From the IMG/VR virus record IMGVR_UViG_3300047400_000237, positions 1 through 32,198 of that record: DNA of 32,198 bases, one strand, 5' to 3'. The translations under genes were made by a program, and so were the position numbers. This stretch comes from a virus (lineage: Duplodnaviria; Caudoviricetes). This document shows positions 16,825 to 25,513 of this stretch, piece after piece (the first letter of the stretch is position 1; each line of letters begins with the position of its first letter). The notes beneath the pieces were generated by a model that did not search any database, was not told the origin of the DNA, and worked only from the letters and a program-made list of their open reading frames with translations.

Positions 16825-17783
16825 TATCCTGTGTAACTCCCTGAACCAGTAAATTTAATGATTGTACAAGAACCAGAGGTTGTTACTGTTGGTGATCCTG
16901 TTGTTGTTCCGGTGTAATTTGCAGTTGGAACTCTGAGAATTACTACACCAGAACCACCAGCTCCTGAGTGACCGGATATAGTATTACCAAAACCACCACC
17001 CCCACCGCCGGAATTAGCAGTTCCAGACCCGGCATAAGAATATATATACTGAGCAATGCAAGAACAATAATAACAAAAATTTCCTTTAGCTCCGTTTCCG
17101 CCACCACCAGCTCCACCAGTTCCGACATGAGTAGAACTAATGGTAGTACATGCACCGCCGCCGCCGCCAGCAGCATATGTGACAGAAGATCCGGTAATAG
17201 AACTAGAACTGCCACAACCACCGTTGCCAGCATATGCGTTTAATAGACAACCACAATATGCTGAATAGGCATTTTGACCTACTGCACCTGCACCGCCACC
17301 ACCACCTCCAACATAGCGAGGAGTAGCTGGACTTCCAATTGCATTAAAGTAATTACCAATACCGCCGGAATTACCTTGACCACTTGTACCAGATCCCGCA
17401 GGTGCTGCATGAAAATAACAACAGTAGTTAAAGAGTTTACCATTGCTGCCACCACCGGAACCACCATTTTTCCCAGTAGATGACGAAAGCGTGCAGCCAC
17501 CACCACCACCACCTCCTCCGGTGGAGGTAACTATGCTAGTTACTGAACTGCATGATCCATTACAGCCTGAATTATTATTACCACCTGCGCCGCCACCACC
17601 AACTGTTACAGTATAAACTGTACCCTTTTTGAAATTTTGTGTACTAGCCCTATAACCACCACCTGCGCCACCACCAGCTCCACCAGTAGAGCTACCACCA
17701 CCACCGCCCCCAGCAACAATGAGGTATGTACCACAATAACAAGTTTTTGCGGAAGTAGCAAAAAGCATTTGTTGGATGGACAT
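16824..17783 (-). CDS. Glycine-rich tail fibre/tip protein with Cys/Tyr clusters
   Basis: YLIVAGGGGGG...GGGGAGG, YAAGGGGG, GAGGSGVVILR, IIKFTGSGSYT. Confidence 0.75.
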   Translation of the reverse strand: MSIQQMLFATSAKTCYCGTYLIVAGGGGGGSSTGGAGGGAGGGYRASTQNFKKGTVYTVTVGGGGAGGNNNSGCNGSCSSVTSIVTSTGGGGGGGGCTLSSSTGKNGGSGGGSNGKLFNYCCYFHAAPAGSGTSGQGNSGGIGNYFNAIGSPATPRYVGGGGGGAGAVGQNAYSAYCGCLLNAYAGNGGCGSSSSITGSSVTYAAGGGGGACTTISSTHVGTGGAGGGGNGAKGNFCYYCSCIAQYIYSYAGSGTANSGGGGGGFGNTISGHSGAGGSGVVILRVPTANYTGTTTGSPTVTTSGSCTIIKFTGSGSYTG

Positions 17784-18595
17784 TAGGTGAGTCCTCCGCC
17801 AGAAATAACAAATGTATTAGAAGCGACACAAAGAACAGTGCAAATACCACGTTGGGCTAGGGTGCGGTTGCCTGTTGTTGCAGATCCTGCAAGATACATA
17901 GTCACTGATGTGCCTTGGGTGATGGTTATGTTGGAAGCACTATTGTTGTAAATCGAGATTGCTTGGCCTGCTGTAAAGATAGAAGCAGGAACCGTAACAC
18001 CAGATGCGGTATAGATGTGTTTGCCGGAATCACTAGCAACAAGAGTATAAGTTGTAGCCTGTGAGTTTTGAACAATGGTTCTGACGTTGCCGGTAGAATC
18101 AGTAATTGCACCACTTGAGGTAATCGCACCGTTTACGTCTAAAAACACACTCGGAGTTTTACCGATACCTACGTTGCCAGAGGAGTCGACACGAATTCTT
18201 TCGGATCCAGCAGTGGAGAAGGTTAGGGTGTTTGCTGCAACGACTTGAATGTTTGCATCAGGCGTGGTGCCTGAAGTGCCAAAGAAAAATTGCTGCTGAG
18301 TGTTGATGTCCTTCCAGTTTGGGGTGATGTATACAATTGCACTACCGCTAAGGCTAAGGAGTGAACCAGTTGATGAACTGACTAATGTGCGGCTAAGGGT
18401 GGTGCCAACAGAAGTGTAGGTTCCAGTGCCGGTTTCCCAAGCAGACCCGTCTACAATACCGTAGGAGATGACACCACCGGTGGGGATACTGGCAGATGCA
18501 AAAGATTGGTAACCGGTGGACGCCGAACCGAGTGTAATTGTACCGGTTCCCGTCGTTGCGGTTGTCATTTGTACGCGATCTGCCAGTCTAGCCAT
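17783..18595 (-). CDS. Tail fibre protein
   Basis: LADRVQMTTATTGTGTITLG...WETGTGTY N-terminus; ERIRVDSSGNVGIG fibre repeat; YTLVASDSGK...GNRTLAQRGICTVL C-terminus. Confidence 0.7.
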   Translation of the reverse strand: MARLADRVQMTTATTGTGTITLGSASTGYQSFASASIPTGGVISYGIVDGSAWETGTGTYTSVGTTLSRTLVSSSTGSLLSLSGSAIVYITPNWKDINTQQQFFFGTSGTTPDANIQVVAANTLTFSTAGSERIRVDSSGNVGIGKTPSVFLDVNGAITSSGAITDSTGNVRTIVQNSQATTYTLVASDSGKHIYTASGVTVPASIFTAGQAISIYNNSASNITITQGTSVTMYLAGSATTGNRTLAQRGICTVLCVASNTFVISGGGLT

Positions 18596-18598
18596 ATA

Positions 18599-18772
18599 CT
18601 AACCCCCAAAAACGTCGTTAGTGGATACCGAGTCAGTCACCCCAAATGAGAGTCCGGGCGTCCAAAACAACATTTTACCACAGGCGCATTCAGCCATTCC
18701 GTTGGAAGACCCTTCAGGAACAACAACATCCGCGCCACCGCCACATTCACACTGCACCCAATGTTTTTCCAT
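18599..18772 (-). CDS. Small Zn-ribbon-like protein, 57 aa (MEKHWVQCECGG...AECACGK...GVTDSVSTNDVFGG)
   Basis: TAATG coupling to the GT stop; TAG at 18599; fills the gap; CxC...CxC; not in the ORF track. Confidence 0.65.
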   Translation of the reverse strand: MEKHWVQCECGGGADVVVPEGSSNGMAECACGKMLFWTPGLSFGVTDSVSTNDVFGG

Positions 18773-19602
18773 TATTTCACCTCCTTTGTCTTACCATCCG
18801 GCTTAAACCGTGCCGGAACCTCGAGCGGCCACCTCACACCGTTGTTATCGATGTGATGCACAAAAATGCCAGTGTCGATCAGGAACGGGTTTTCTTTCTT
18901 TTGGTACTCCGGCCATCCAGCCTTCTCGAAAATGCGGTCTTTCATGACTCGCTGACACCATGCAAGGTCGGACGTGCCGGAGCGACTCATGTACACACCC
19001 TTTTCTGGGTCCATCCAGTTCTGCTGCGGTGCCTCAAACACCCGCCGTGTGATTTGACCGTTAACACTATATTCAGGTGACTCATTCCATAGTGCTTTGA
19101 TGATCGAGCCATGGATCAGGGTGAAGCCGAAGGGGATGCCAGAGCACCAGACTTTGTCACCCATTTTCCAATCGGCAAAATAGCCTTTGCCGATGCCCCG
19201 ATACACCATCGGTTCTGGTGGAACGCTCTTGGTAAAGTAAAGGCCGCCGACCACCGGCACCTTTTCATCAATCATGTACTCGTTGAGCTTGATAAAAGCA
19301 TCGTTTGGAGGTACATTGTCGTGTTCCCAAAAGAGCAACCACTTTGCGTCAGACTCGACAACCGCTTTTGCAATGAGGTTTTCTGCGTCTGCAACCTGAT
19401 ATTTCAGTGGTACGTACGGACTCATGAACTGCATGAGATCGATGTGGGACCAATTAGTGGGGATGATCTGGCCCATTCGAGCCATCATCCATTCCACGCG
19501 AATCAGGCCAGTGACCGGATGCCCGATGACAAGGCGGTTCAGGGACTCTTGTTGGTGAACGTCCAAGAACGGACAGGCTGACATTAACGATTTTTTAGGC
19601 AT
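18772..19602 (-). CDS. GT-A fold (GT2-like) glycosyltransferase
   Basis: VADAENLIAKAVV...WLLFWEHDNVPP (DxD variant EHD), VVGGLYFTK, FGFTLI, TSDLAWCQRV, IDTGIFVHH; start likely MPKKS at 19602. Confidence 0.7.
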   Translation of the reverse strand: MPKKSLMSACPFLDVHQQESLNRLVIGHPVTGLIRVEWMMARMGQIIPTNWSHIDLMQFMSPYVPLKYQVADAENLIAKAVVESDAKWLLFWEHDNVPPNDAFIKLNEYMIDEKVPVVGGLYFTKSVPPEPMVYRGIGKGYFADWKMGDKVWCSGIPFGFTLIHGSIIKALWNESPEYSVNGQITRRVFEAPQQNWMDPEKGVYMSRSGTSDLAWCQRVMKDRIFEKAGWPEYQKKENPFLIDTGIFVHHIDNNGVRWPLEVPARFKPDGKTKEVK

Positions 19603-20080
19603 AACTCTTATCCATCCTCCGCTTCTCAAGCACTACTTCCATAAAACCTTGGGCGTCCCAGAAACACGAAACGATTTTCCAGGGCTTGGGCCGGTAGAAC
19701 CGATAGAAGTTGCTTGGATGGAGGGGGTCGAAGTAGTTCCATGTATTTTCATTACAAGGATTTACATGGGTGGGATCTTGGACGAAAAGTGAGTTGTTAC
19801 CGTAGGGGAGGGACAGCATGAGGCGGCCATCCGGTTCCATCACACGCCAAATTTCATTCATCCAGTTGATGAAGCCAAAGCGGGAGGGCTCAATGTGCTC
19901 GGCTACATGGGAGGCAATCGCCAACTGCACGCAATTGTCGGGGAGGGGCCATGGATATTTTTCGATGTCATGGACAATGTCCACTCCAGGGAGTTTTTGG
20001 ACGTCCATACCAACAAATCCTGGCTGCTTGTTACCGCCGCAGCCAATATCCAACTTGATATTTTTGTACTTTTGTTTCAT
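19595..20080 (-). CDS. Class I SAM-dependent methyltransferase (type 11-like)
   Basis: KLDIGCG, VDIVHDIE..PWP, ASHVAEHI, DPTHV. Confidence 0.8.
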   Translation of the reverse strand: MKQKYKNIKLDIGCGGNKQPGFVGMDVQKLPGVDIVHDIEKYPWPLPDNCVQLAIASHVAEHIEPSRFGFINWMNEIWRVMEPDGRLMLSLPYGNNSLFVQDPTHVNPCNENTWNYFDPLHPSNFYRFYRPKPWKIVSCFWDAQGFMEVVLEKRRMDKSYA

Positions 20081-20115
20081 AATGAGGAGGGCCGTTGGCC
20101 CTCCTCATTATAGCA
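20079..20115 (-). promoter_or_regulatory. Extended -10 (TGcTATAAT) overlapping a perfect 15-bp hairpin that sequesters GAGGAGG and part of the ATG
   Basis: Arms 20079-20093 and 20097-20111; 3-nt loop; -10 at 20107-20112. Confidence 0.65.
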
Positions 20116-20122
20116 TAGAGGC

Positions 20123-20617
20123 TTACGAGAATCGAAGTTGGTAAGTACCGTTGACACTCTGGTTGGTCTGCAACTGAGACGTAGCATAAGTGTTACCGGC
20201 ATACAGCGTACCAGCACTGGTCGTGGACGTCTGGAACAGACCCACGTTCTGGATGGTCTTCGCCGCAGTGTAAATACCGCTGTTCAACGTGAAGGCAAAC
20301 TGCACAGTGCCTGTTGCGATGGTAGTCGGGGTGACCGCCATACGAGCGTTGCTGGCATCCGTGATTTCGCCATTGAGCGAAGTGTCCGTGGCTGCCGGAG
20401 CAGTACCCGTGCCTAGAGCAGCATAAGTGATCTGGCTAGATCCGCTCACACCACCGATAGCCGACGCGATCTGGTTTTTACCGTTGTTCGTGATCGTGTT
20501 CTCAAGCCAACCCGAATCACCCACAATGACCGGTTTACCGGCCTTATCCTCAACAATGTTAAGCCGGAAAAAGCCACGAACGCCTGCTTTATCGGCAATA
20601 TGTTTCTTCTTAGCCAT
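20123..20617 (-). CDS. Putative structural protein (tail-collar/fibre-anchor-like)
   Basis: NTITNNGKNQIA...ITYAALGTGT.PAATDTSLNGE...IQNVGLF; SD AGGGAG. Confidence 0.6.
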   Translation of the reverse strand: MAKKKHIADKAGVRGFFRLNIVEDKAGKPVIVGDSGWLENTITNNGKNQIASAIGGVSGSSQITYAALGTGTAPAATDTSLNGEITDASNARMAVTPTTIATGTVQFAFTLNSGIYTAAKTIQNVGLFQTSTTSAGTLYAGNTYATSQLQTNQSVNGTYQLRFS

Positions 20618-20628
20618 ATACTCCCTTT

Positions 20629-20997
20629 CTACGCCAAATACTTTAGCTTGTAAGCAGTCGTAGACAGCAACTTCAGAATCTCATCGATACTATTCTGAAT
20701 ATGCGTATCTTTACCCATTTTACCACGGTTATCAAGCACGTACTGATACAGGTCTTTGGTAAACTTCAGCGGGTCAGTCGGAGTCTTGAATTCCTGGTCA
20801 GGATAAGTATCCAGCAAGCCGTAAGCCCCAAAATACTCCTCGGCAAGCTCATCTGTCTTGTGCTGGAGGCCTTCGTACAGGCCGCCAAGGGCGATATGCG
20901 CGGCATAACTGCCTGGGCCTTTCTGCATCAAGTGGAGCATATGCGCTCCAGTCACTGAATGGAGGAGCCTCGCTATAAATTCTGCTGAGCCTTTCAT
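20629..20997 (-). CDS. Ferritin/Dps-like four-helix protein (DUF5856-like)
   Basis: AHMLHL...SYAAHIALGGLY...DELAEEYFGAYG...IQNSIDEI...TAYKL. Confidence 0.7.
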   Translation of the reverse strand: MKGSAEFIARLLHSVTGAHMLHLMQKGPGSYAAHIALGGLYEGLQHKTDELAEEYFGAYGLLDTYPDQEFKTPTDPLKFTKDLYQYVLDNRGKMGKDTHIQNSIDEILKLLSTTAYKLKYLA

Positions 20998-23267
20998 TAC
21001 ATTACCCCTTTGTGTTTTGCTTCAATTGCTTGATCCGCAGCCCGCTGCATCATCGTGTCCTGATGTTTTGCCATGTCATGCTGAAGATCCATCTGCTTCA
21101 TTTGCTGTTCCTGCTGTAGACGCTGCAACTCAGGCATCATCTTCATGAGTTGTGCCTGCTGTTCGGACTGTTGCTGGGCGGCCTTGTTTGCTGCCACGGT
21201 CTGCGGGTCCGCCACAATCTGCTCAATGTCATGGATTGTGGGCCGGAAGCTATCGAGAATCCGACGCAACAGCGCATCCTGGTTGATGTAGGGCAGCCAA
21301 GCCTGCGGGTTCTGACCGATAATGTTCATGAGCTGGATCAGATTCTGGAGCATGTCGGCCTTGTCAATCTGATCGCTCAGGCCGGTCACCTTCACGTCAT
21401 AATCGCCGTTGATCATCTCATAGATCTCGGCATGACTCATACCGGCCAACACCACTTGATCGATACCGAGCACTGCACTAACTCGGGGGTCATTTGCCGT
21501 GTCAATGTACTGCATGATCAGCTCAGACGCCATTTTGACAATGGGCTGAATCGCCTGCTTTTCAATGTCCGAGGCGAGGCTCCCGAAAAAGCTGTTCTGG
21601 TTTTGCTGGATGGCTTGAGTTTCTGTGGCAGTTTGAGCACCACTCCAGCGAGGCAGGCTTTGCTGAAGTTCCGAAACCAAACCACCTTCCTGGTGGGAGC
21701 GGTCCAGAATTCCGGCCATACTCGAAGCTCCGGGACTCACATCCTCGAACTTCACAGGCCGAATGCCCATGTCCGTGTTACCGACAATCTGGTTCCGGCG
21801 CAGCATCTTGCCGGGGGTGATGCCGTTGCGGAGGTCTTCAGGGTTTTCGTACAGGTCCGGCGTAAACTCGAAAAGCGGGTTCAAGCGGAAAAGCAACGTG
21901 TCCACGCCGAGGTTGACAATTTGGTTCAGGGCACGATCAATATAGCGCACCATTTCGACGAGGCCAGTGCCTTCAGTACGGAAGGGCAGGCTCAGCGGGG
22001 AGTAAGCGCAGTAGGGAGGCGTGCCAAACCAAGACTCGTTTCGGCCATTTTTGAGCACCCAAGTGTCATTTGCAATGATGATATGGGCGTCTTTCTCAAC
22101 GACTTTACCCTCGATGACCAGTGGGCCATAGAACTCGGTCAGCTTAATGATGCCGGTGTCTTTGGTCGGGCCAGAAGGACCACGGGGCATTTCACCAAAA
22201 CGCAGGTAAACTTGGCGCTGGTACTCGGGAATGAGCATCGGCCCGATCTTTTCGATCAGCTCAGGATCAAAAGCACCTTCCTGGGCCATCTCGAGAAGTT
22301 GCCATTTCGGGACTTCGATTTCCTCGATTGTGCCGGTCCACTTGTTGAGTTTGCTGCCCGGAAGCCAATAGAAGAAGTACGGGTCAACCGCGTTGATGGT
22401 GAGGTTGCCTTCGAGCACCTCTTCTTGGACGACCTGTTTCTGGAATTGCGGCACCATGATCGGGGCAAGACCACCGACCGGTCCGCCCATCGGGCTGTTC
22501 AGGCTGCCCGGAGGCATCAAGGCTTCTTGAGGAAGCTGAGTCGGGTACTGGACGTTCTGCTGGACAGGCAGTTCTTGGCGGCTTTGACCGATTTGTTCGG
22601 GCGCAAGAACAGGCTGTTGCTGCTGTTCGAGTGGTCCTGCGGGCATTTGACCACGCATTGCCGCCTGCTGAAGTTCGGGCGGTAGGTTCTGGATTGGGCC
22701 TTGCGGGGTGATGGGCGGGGCGGCCTGGAGGGGTTCTACCGGCATTTGAACCATCTGGATTCGCATGCGGTTGCGTTTAGAGAGGTTCCAGCCCAGCTTC
22801 CAGATGCCGACACCCATAATAAAGCCGCATTCTAGGCCGGTGGTAAACTCTTCACTGAATTTGGCTTTTTCGAGGAACATATTCGTGAGGTTGGTCATCT
22901 TTTCCCCACGAAGCTGCCAAAGCGGGTTTGCCACGTCTTGACTTTCCAACTTCCAAGGTTTCTTAGACAGGTTCATCAACCGCTTAATTACGTTGACGGC
23001 CTGCTTGACGGTACCCCAAGCCTTAGGTAGAACAATTTTTGACTGCCAGTCTTCTTTGTTGGTAAAATCTTCTTGACCACGGTAAAGTGCCCAGCACTCG
23101 TTCCAAATGTTGACCTTTTCGATACGTTCGTAGCGGAGTTTGTTACGCCACGCAAGGACATAATCGCGGACTTTGGCTTCTTCTGGACTTAGGTGGTCAC
23201 CTTGAGGGGATGGGTTAATAAGGAGGTCAACAGGTGTCGCATCGTTATAACTACGCATTACAGGCAT
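20997..23267 (-). CDS. Portal protein with a Pro/Gln-rich insertion
   Basis: 756 aa directly after the TerL nuclease; WQSKIVLP, MGVGIWKLGW, VDPYFFYW, GTGLVE, TATE motif, Q-rich C-terminus. Confidence 0.8.
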   Translation of the reverse strand: MPVMRSYNDATPVDLLINPSPQGDHLSPEEAKVRDYVLAWRNKLRYERIEKVNIWNECWALYRGQEDFTNKEDWQSKIVLPKAWGTVKQAVNVIKRLMNLSKKPWKLESQDVANPLWQLRGEKMTNLTNMFLEKAKFSEEFTTGLECGFIMGVGIWKLGWNLSKRNRMRIQMVQMPVEPLQAAPPITPQGPIQNLPPELQQAAMRGQMPAGPLEQQQQPVLAPEQIGQSRQELPVQQNVQYPTQLPQEALMPPGSLNSPMGGPVGGLAPIMVPQFQKQVVQEEVLEGNLTINAVDPYFFYWLPGSKLNKWTGTIEEIEVPKWQLLEMAQEGAFDPELIEKIGPMLIPEYQRQVYLRFGEMPRGPSGPTKDTGIIKLTEFYGPLVIEGKVVEKDAHIIIANDTWVLKNGRNESWFGTPPYCAYSPLSLPFRTEGTGLVEMVRYIDRALNQIVNLGVDTLLFRLNPLFEFTPDLYENPEDLRNGITPGKMLRRNQIVGNTDMGIRPVKFEDVSPGASSMAGILDRSHQEGGLVSELQQSLPRWSGAQTATETQAIQQNQNSFFGSLASDIEKQAIQPIVKMASELIMQYIDTANDPRVSAVLGIDQVVLAGMSHAEIYEMINGDYDVKVTGLSDQIDKADMLQNLIQLMNIIGQNPQAWLPYINQDALLRRILDSFRPTIHDIEQIVADPQTVAANKAAQQQSEQQAQLMKMMPELQRLQQEQQMKQMDLQHDMAKHQDTMMQRAADQAIEAKHKGVM

Positions 23268-23279
23268 ATGTTCTCCAAC

Positions 23280-24170
23280 TTAAGGCAGTAAATAGCCTTT
23301 GCCGTCAGACTTTTTAGGCGTGGCGGGTACTCGCCCTCCAGGTAAACTCCACCTGTTCACTATTTTACTATTATTCCAAGACACCTGCTGTTGGTTCCCC
23401 TTTGGTTGCCTCAACATAAAGTACTTACAATCGTCGAGGCTATGGTTATCTTTGTCCTCAATTGTCTCGTGAAAACTACTGGTGAGGAGTTGACGTTCGG
23501 ACTGGTTGACGTAGATGGCTGTTTCAAACTCGCGGATTTGGTTTGGGCACCGGTCAGAAATGCAAAAGGTCGGGTTGTCAGACTGCCAGTGCTTCCGCAT
23601 GATCGTTAGCCAAGCCTCTTCATCGCGGCTGCCCGGCACCATATTTCGAACTCCAGCCCTCATAAACAGTTCTTGGGTGGTGCTTAGACCGTCAATTTCC
23701 GCACGTTTGTTCCAAAGGCTAGGGTCAGCAGCCACAAACCGGATCTGATTCCAGTACGGGAAGGTTCTCATCTCTTCCACGTACTCGCTGATGTTGGTAC
23801 AAGGTCGGAATATCTCAAAAACGCTATAGGTGACACCGTCCACTACTGTGTAAACGTGAAAGCTGCTTGGGTTGCGGATGCCATAGTCAAAACCGCCATA
23901 GTAGCGTTGATGAGGACCAAAATCGAGGTTGGCCTGCACAATCAAGTGCTTTTTTTCGGTGATCTCGGGAAAGACCTTGCTGCCGAGGATCGCAGTATAA
24001 TCAATGTCGAGTTCTCGAGCGGCCTGCTCTGGCGTTAGTCCTGCGGCTGCTTCACGCCGCCATTCGGGACTGCGTTTGTGCTCGTCAGCAGTGTGATGGA
24101 GGGTAACAATACAGAACTTGTTCCGCTCATTCTTAACAATCTTTAATCCTGTTTGTTCGTGGAGGACCAT
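23280..24170 (-). CDS. Terminase large subunit, C-terminal (linker plus RNase H-like nuclease) half
   Basis: LHHTADEHK..W...ARELDIDY, YGGFDYGIRNPSS, AADPS, DRCPNQIREF, DKDNHSLDDCKY; AAGGAGG at 24184-24190 favours ATG 24170 (alternatives 24182, 24218). Confidence 0.8.
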   Translation of the reverse strand: MVLHEQTGLKIVKNERNKFCIVTLHHTADEHKRSPEWRREAAAGLTPEQAARELDIDYTAILGSKVFPEITEKKHLIVQANLDFGPHQRYYGGFDYGIRNPSSFHVYTVVDGVTYSVFEIFRPCTNISEYVEEMRTFPYWNQIRFVAADPSLWNKRAEIDGLSTTQELFMRAGVRNMVPGSRDEEAWLTIMRKHWQSDNPTFCISDRCPNQIREFETAIYVNQSERQLLTSSFHETIEDKDNHSLDDCKYFMLRQPKGNQQQVSWNNSKIVNRWSLPGGRVPATPKKSDGKGYLLP

Positions 24171-24685
24171 CGGACCCAGCATCCCTCCTTTAACTGTAGG
24201 CCGTGCTTTGCCGTCCACTCATCCATAGCTTGCTTTACTGCCGGTAGGTGATAGTAATCGTCAGTGATGATCAGGCAGTTTTCACCCCAGTGGTTGTGGG
24301 TGTCCAAGTAGTCCAGAACTTGTTTATAGCTTTTGTAGTAGTCTGCATCGAGGTAAACATAGCCGAATTTGGTATCGGCAGGAATGAGGGGCAGGGTGTG
24401 AAGGAACCGACCTTTGAGGGGCTTTACGAGTGGCTGATAGAGCAGCCACTCGTAAGCATTGTGCTCGGGCACGAATTTGCCTGGAGGGTTGTCCGAGTCG
24501 ATGTCCATGTATTCTTCGGGAGGGAGGCCCTCGAAAGTATCAAAGGCGTAGGTTGTACGCTGAAAGCGTTTGGCGGCTTCCGCAACACCCTTTCCGTTAT
24601 AAACACCGAAGATAGCGATGTCGCCGGTGCCAATGGGTTGGGCGGAAAGGATATGAGCGTATCCGCTAATGTCATTAGGCACCAT
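24143..24685 (-). CDS. TylF/MycF/NovP-family (sugar) O-methyltransferase
   Basis: GDIAIFGVYNG, YAFDTFEGLP, KGRFLHTLP, VYLDADYYKS, IITDDY. Confidence 0.8.
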   Translation of the reverse strand: MVPNDISGYAHILSAQPIGTGDIAIFGVYNGKGVAEAAKRFQRTTYAFDTFEGLPPEEYMDIDSDNPPGKFVPEHNAYEWLLYQPLVKPLKGRFLHTLPLIPADTKFGYVYLDADYYKSYKQVLDYLDTHNHWGENCLIITDDYYHLPAVKQAMDEWTAKHGLQLKEGCWVRWSSTNKQD

Positions 24686-25172
24686 AGGACTTTACCTTGT
24701 CGATATATGTCTGCTTGTCCCAACAAGGACCAGGACAATTATGCAGATCATAAATTTCGTGATGTCGGATGATGTGGTCAACGTCCATGGGGATGTCATA
24801 TTTCTTGCAAAGATCGTAAACCAGCTTTGTGCTGGCATCTTCCATAGCCGATGTCCATAAAACTGAGGGCTGGCCTTCATGCTCGATGCCAAGTGTGTAG
24901 AGGTTTGGGTTGACGCCTTTGATCAGGCCAGTCCAAGTCGGGTTGTTAAGTTTGCCAGTGTGGAAGGCTGTATCTTCTTCCTTCACGTATTGGTGGATTT
25001 CGCCATTTTTACCGATTCCGTAGTGGGCCGAAACCATGGCTGCCGGATTATTGAACCAAGTGTCGGTTCCAGCAAGCGAACCACCCATGATGTGAATTAC
25101 AATGGCTTTTGGCTTGTAAATTTGACGACCGGGCTTGAAGTTTGTTTTGGCTGCACCTATCCATTTTACCAT
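24675..25172 (-). CDS. N-acetylmuramoyl-L-alanine amidase (Amidase_2-type endolysin)
   Basis: IVIHIMGG, SAHYGIG, EDTAFHTG, TLGIEHEG, IIRHHEI, NCPG. Confidence 0.85.
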   Translation of the reverse strand: MVKWIGAAKTNFKPGRQIYKPKAIVIHIMGGSLAGTDTWFNNPAAMVSAHYGIGKNGEIHQYVKEEDTAFHTGKLNNPTWTGLIKGVNPNLYTLGIEHEGQPSVLWTSAMEDASTKLVYDLCKKYDIPMDVDHIIRHHEIYDLHNCPGPCWDKQTYIDKVKSYGA

Positions 25173-25513
25173 TAAATGTCCACCAATCCTTTCGCAATTG
25201 CTTCGATGGCTGCTTCCTGTGCTTGATCCTCAAAATCGCTTGCGGGATTGCGGAAAAGAGGGCTGACAATGAGGTGCAAGAGTTCGTGGACGATAGTTGC
25301 CTCGATAGTGTCCTCAAATGGGCGACTTCGCAGGTCTTTTGGGTCGAGAATCAGGATTTCTGCGGTGTTCATGTTCTCCCAGCGTTGGCAAAGGCCGACC
25401 ATGTCACCGGGCATGTCCGCTTTGGAGACCACTTTGAAGTTAATGTCCCAATGTGTGAGGCGAAGGCGCTTTTGCCAGTATTTACACCGTTTCAAGATCG
25501 CTGCTTTTGTCAT
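25172..25513 (-). CDS. Small HEXXH zinc-metallopeptidase-like protein
   Basis: WQKRLRLTHWDI...EATIVHELLHL...EAAIE. Confidence 0.65.
   Translation of the reverse strand: MTKAAILKRCKYWQKRLRLTHWDINFKVVSKADMPGDMVGLCQRWENMNTAEILILDPKDLRSRPFEDTIEATIVHELLHLIVSPLFRNPASDFEDQAQEAAIEAIAKGLVDI

Noticed and set aside
315-18595. Diversity-generating retroelement acting on the fibre genes
   Set aside because: No reverse transcriptase and no template/variable repeat pair was noticed in the window.
21150-22685. 511-aa plus-strand ORF
   Set aside because: Antisense shadow of the portal gene with no recognisable motifs. The same applies to the other plus-strand ORFs between 93 and 30032, such as 4325-5116 and 11020-11826.
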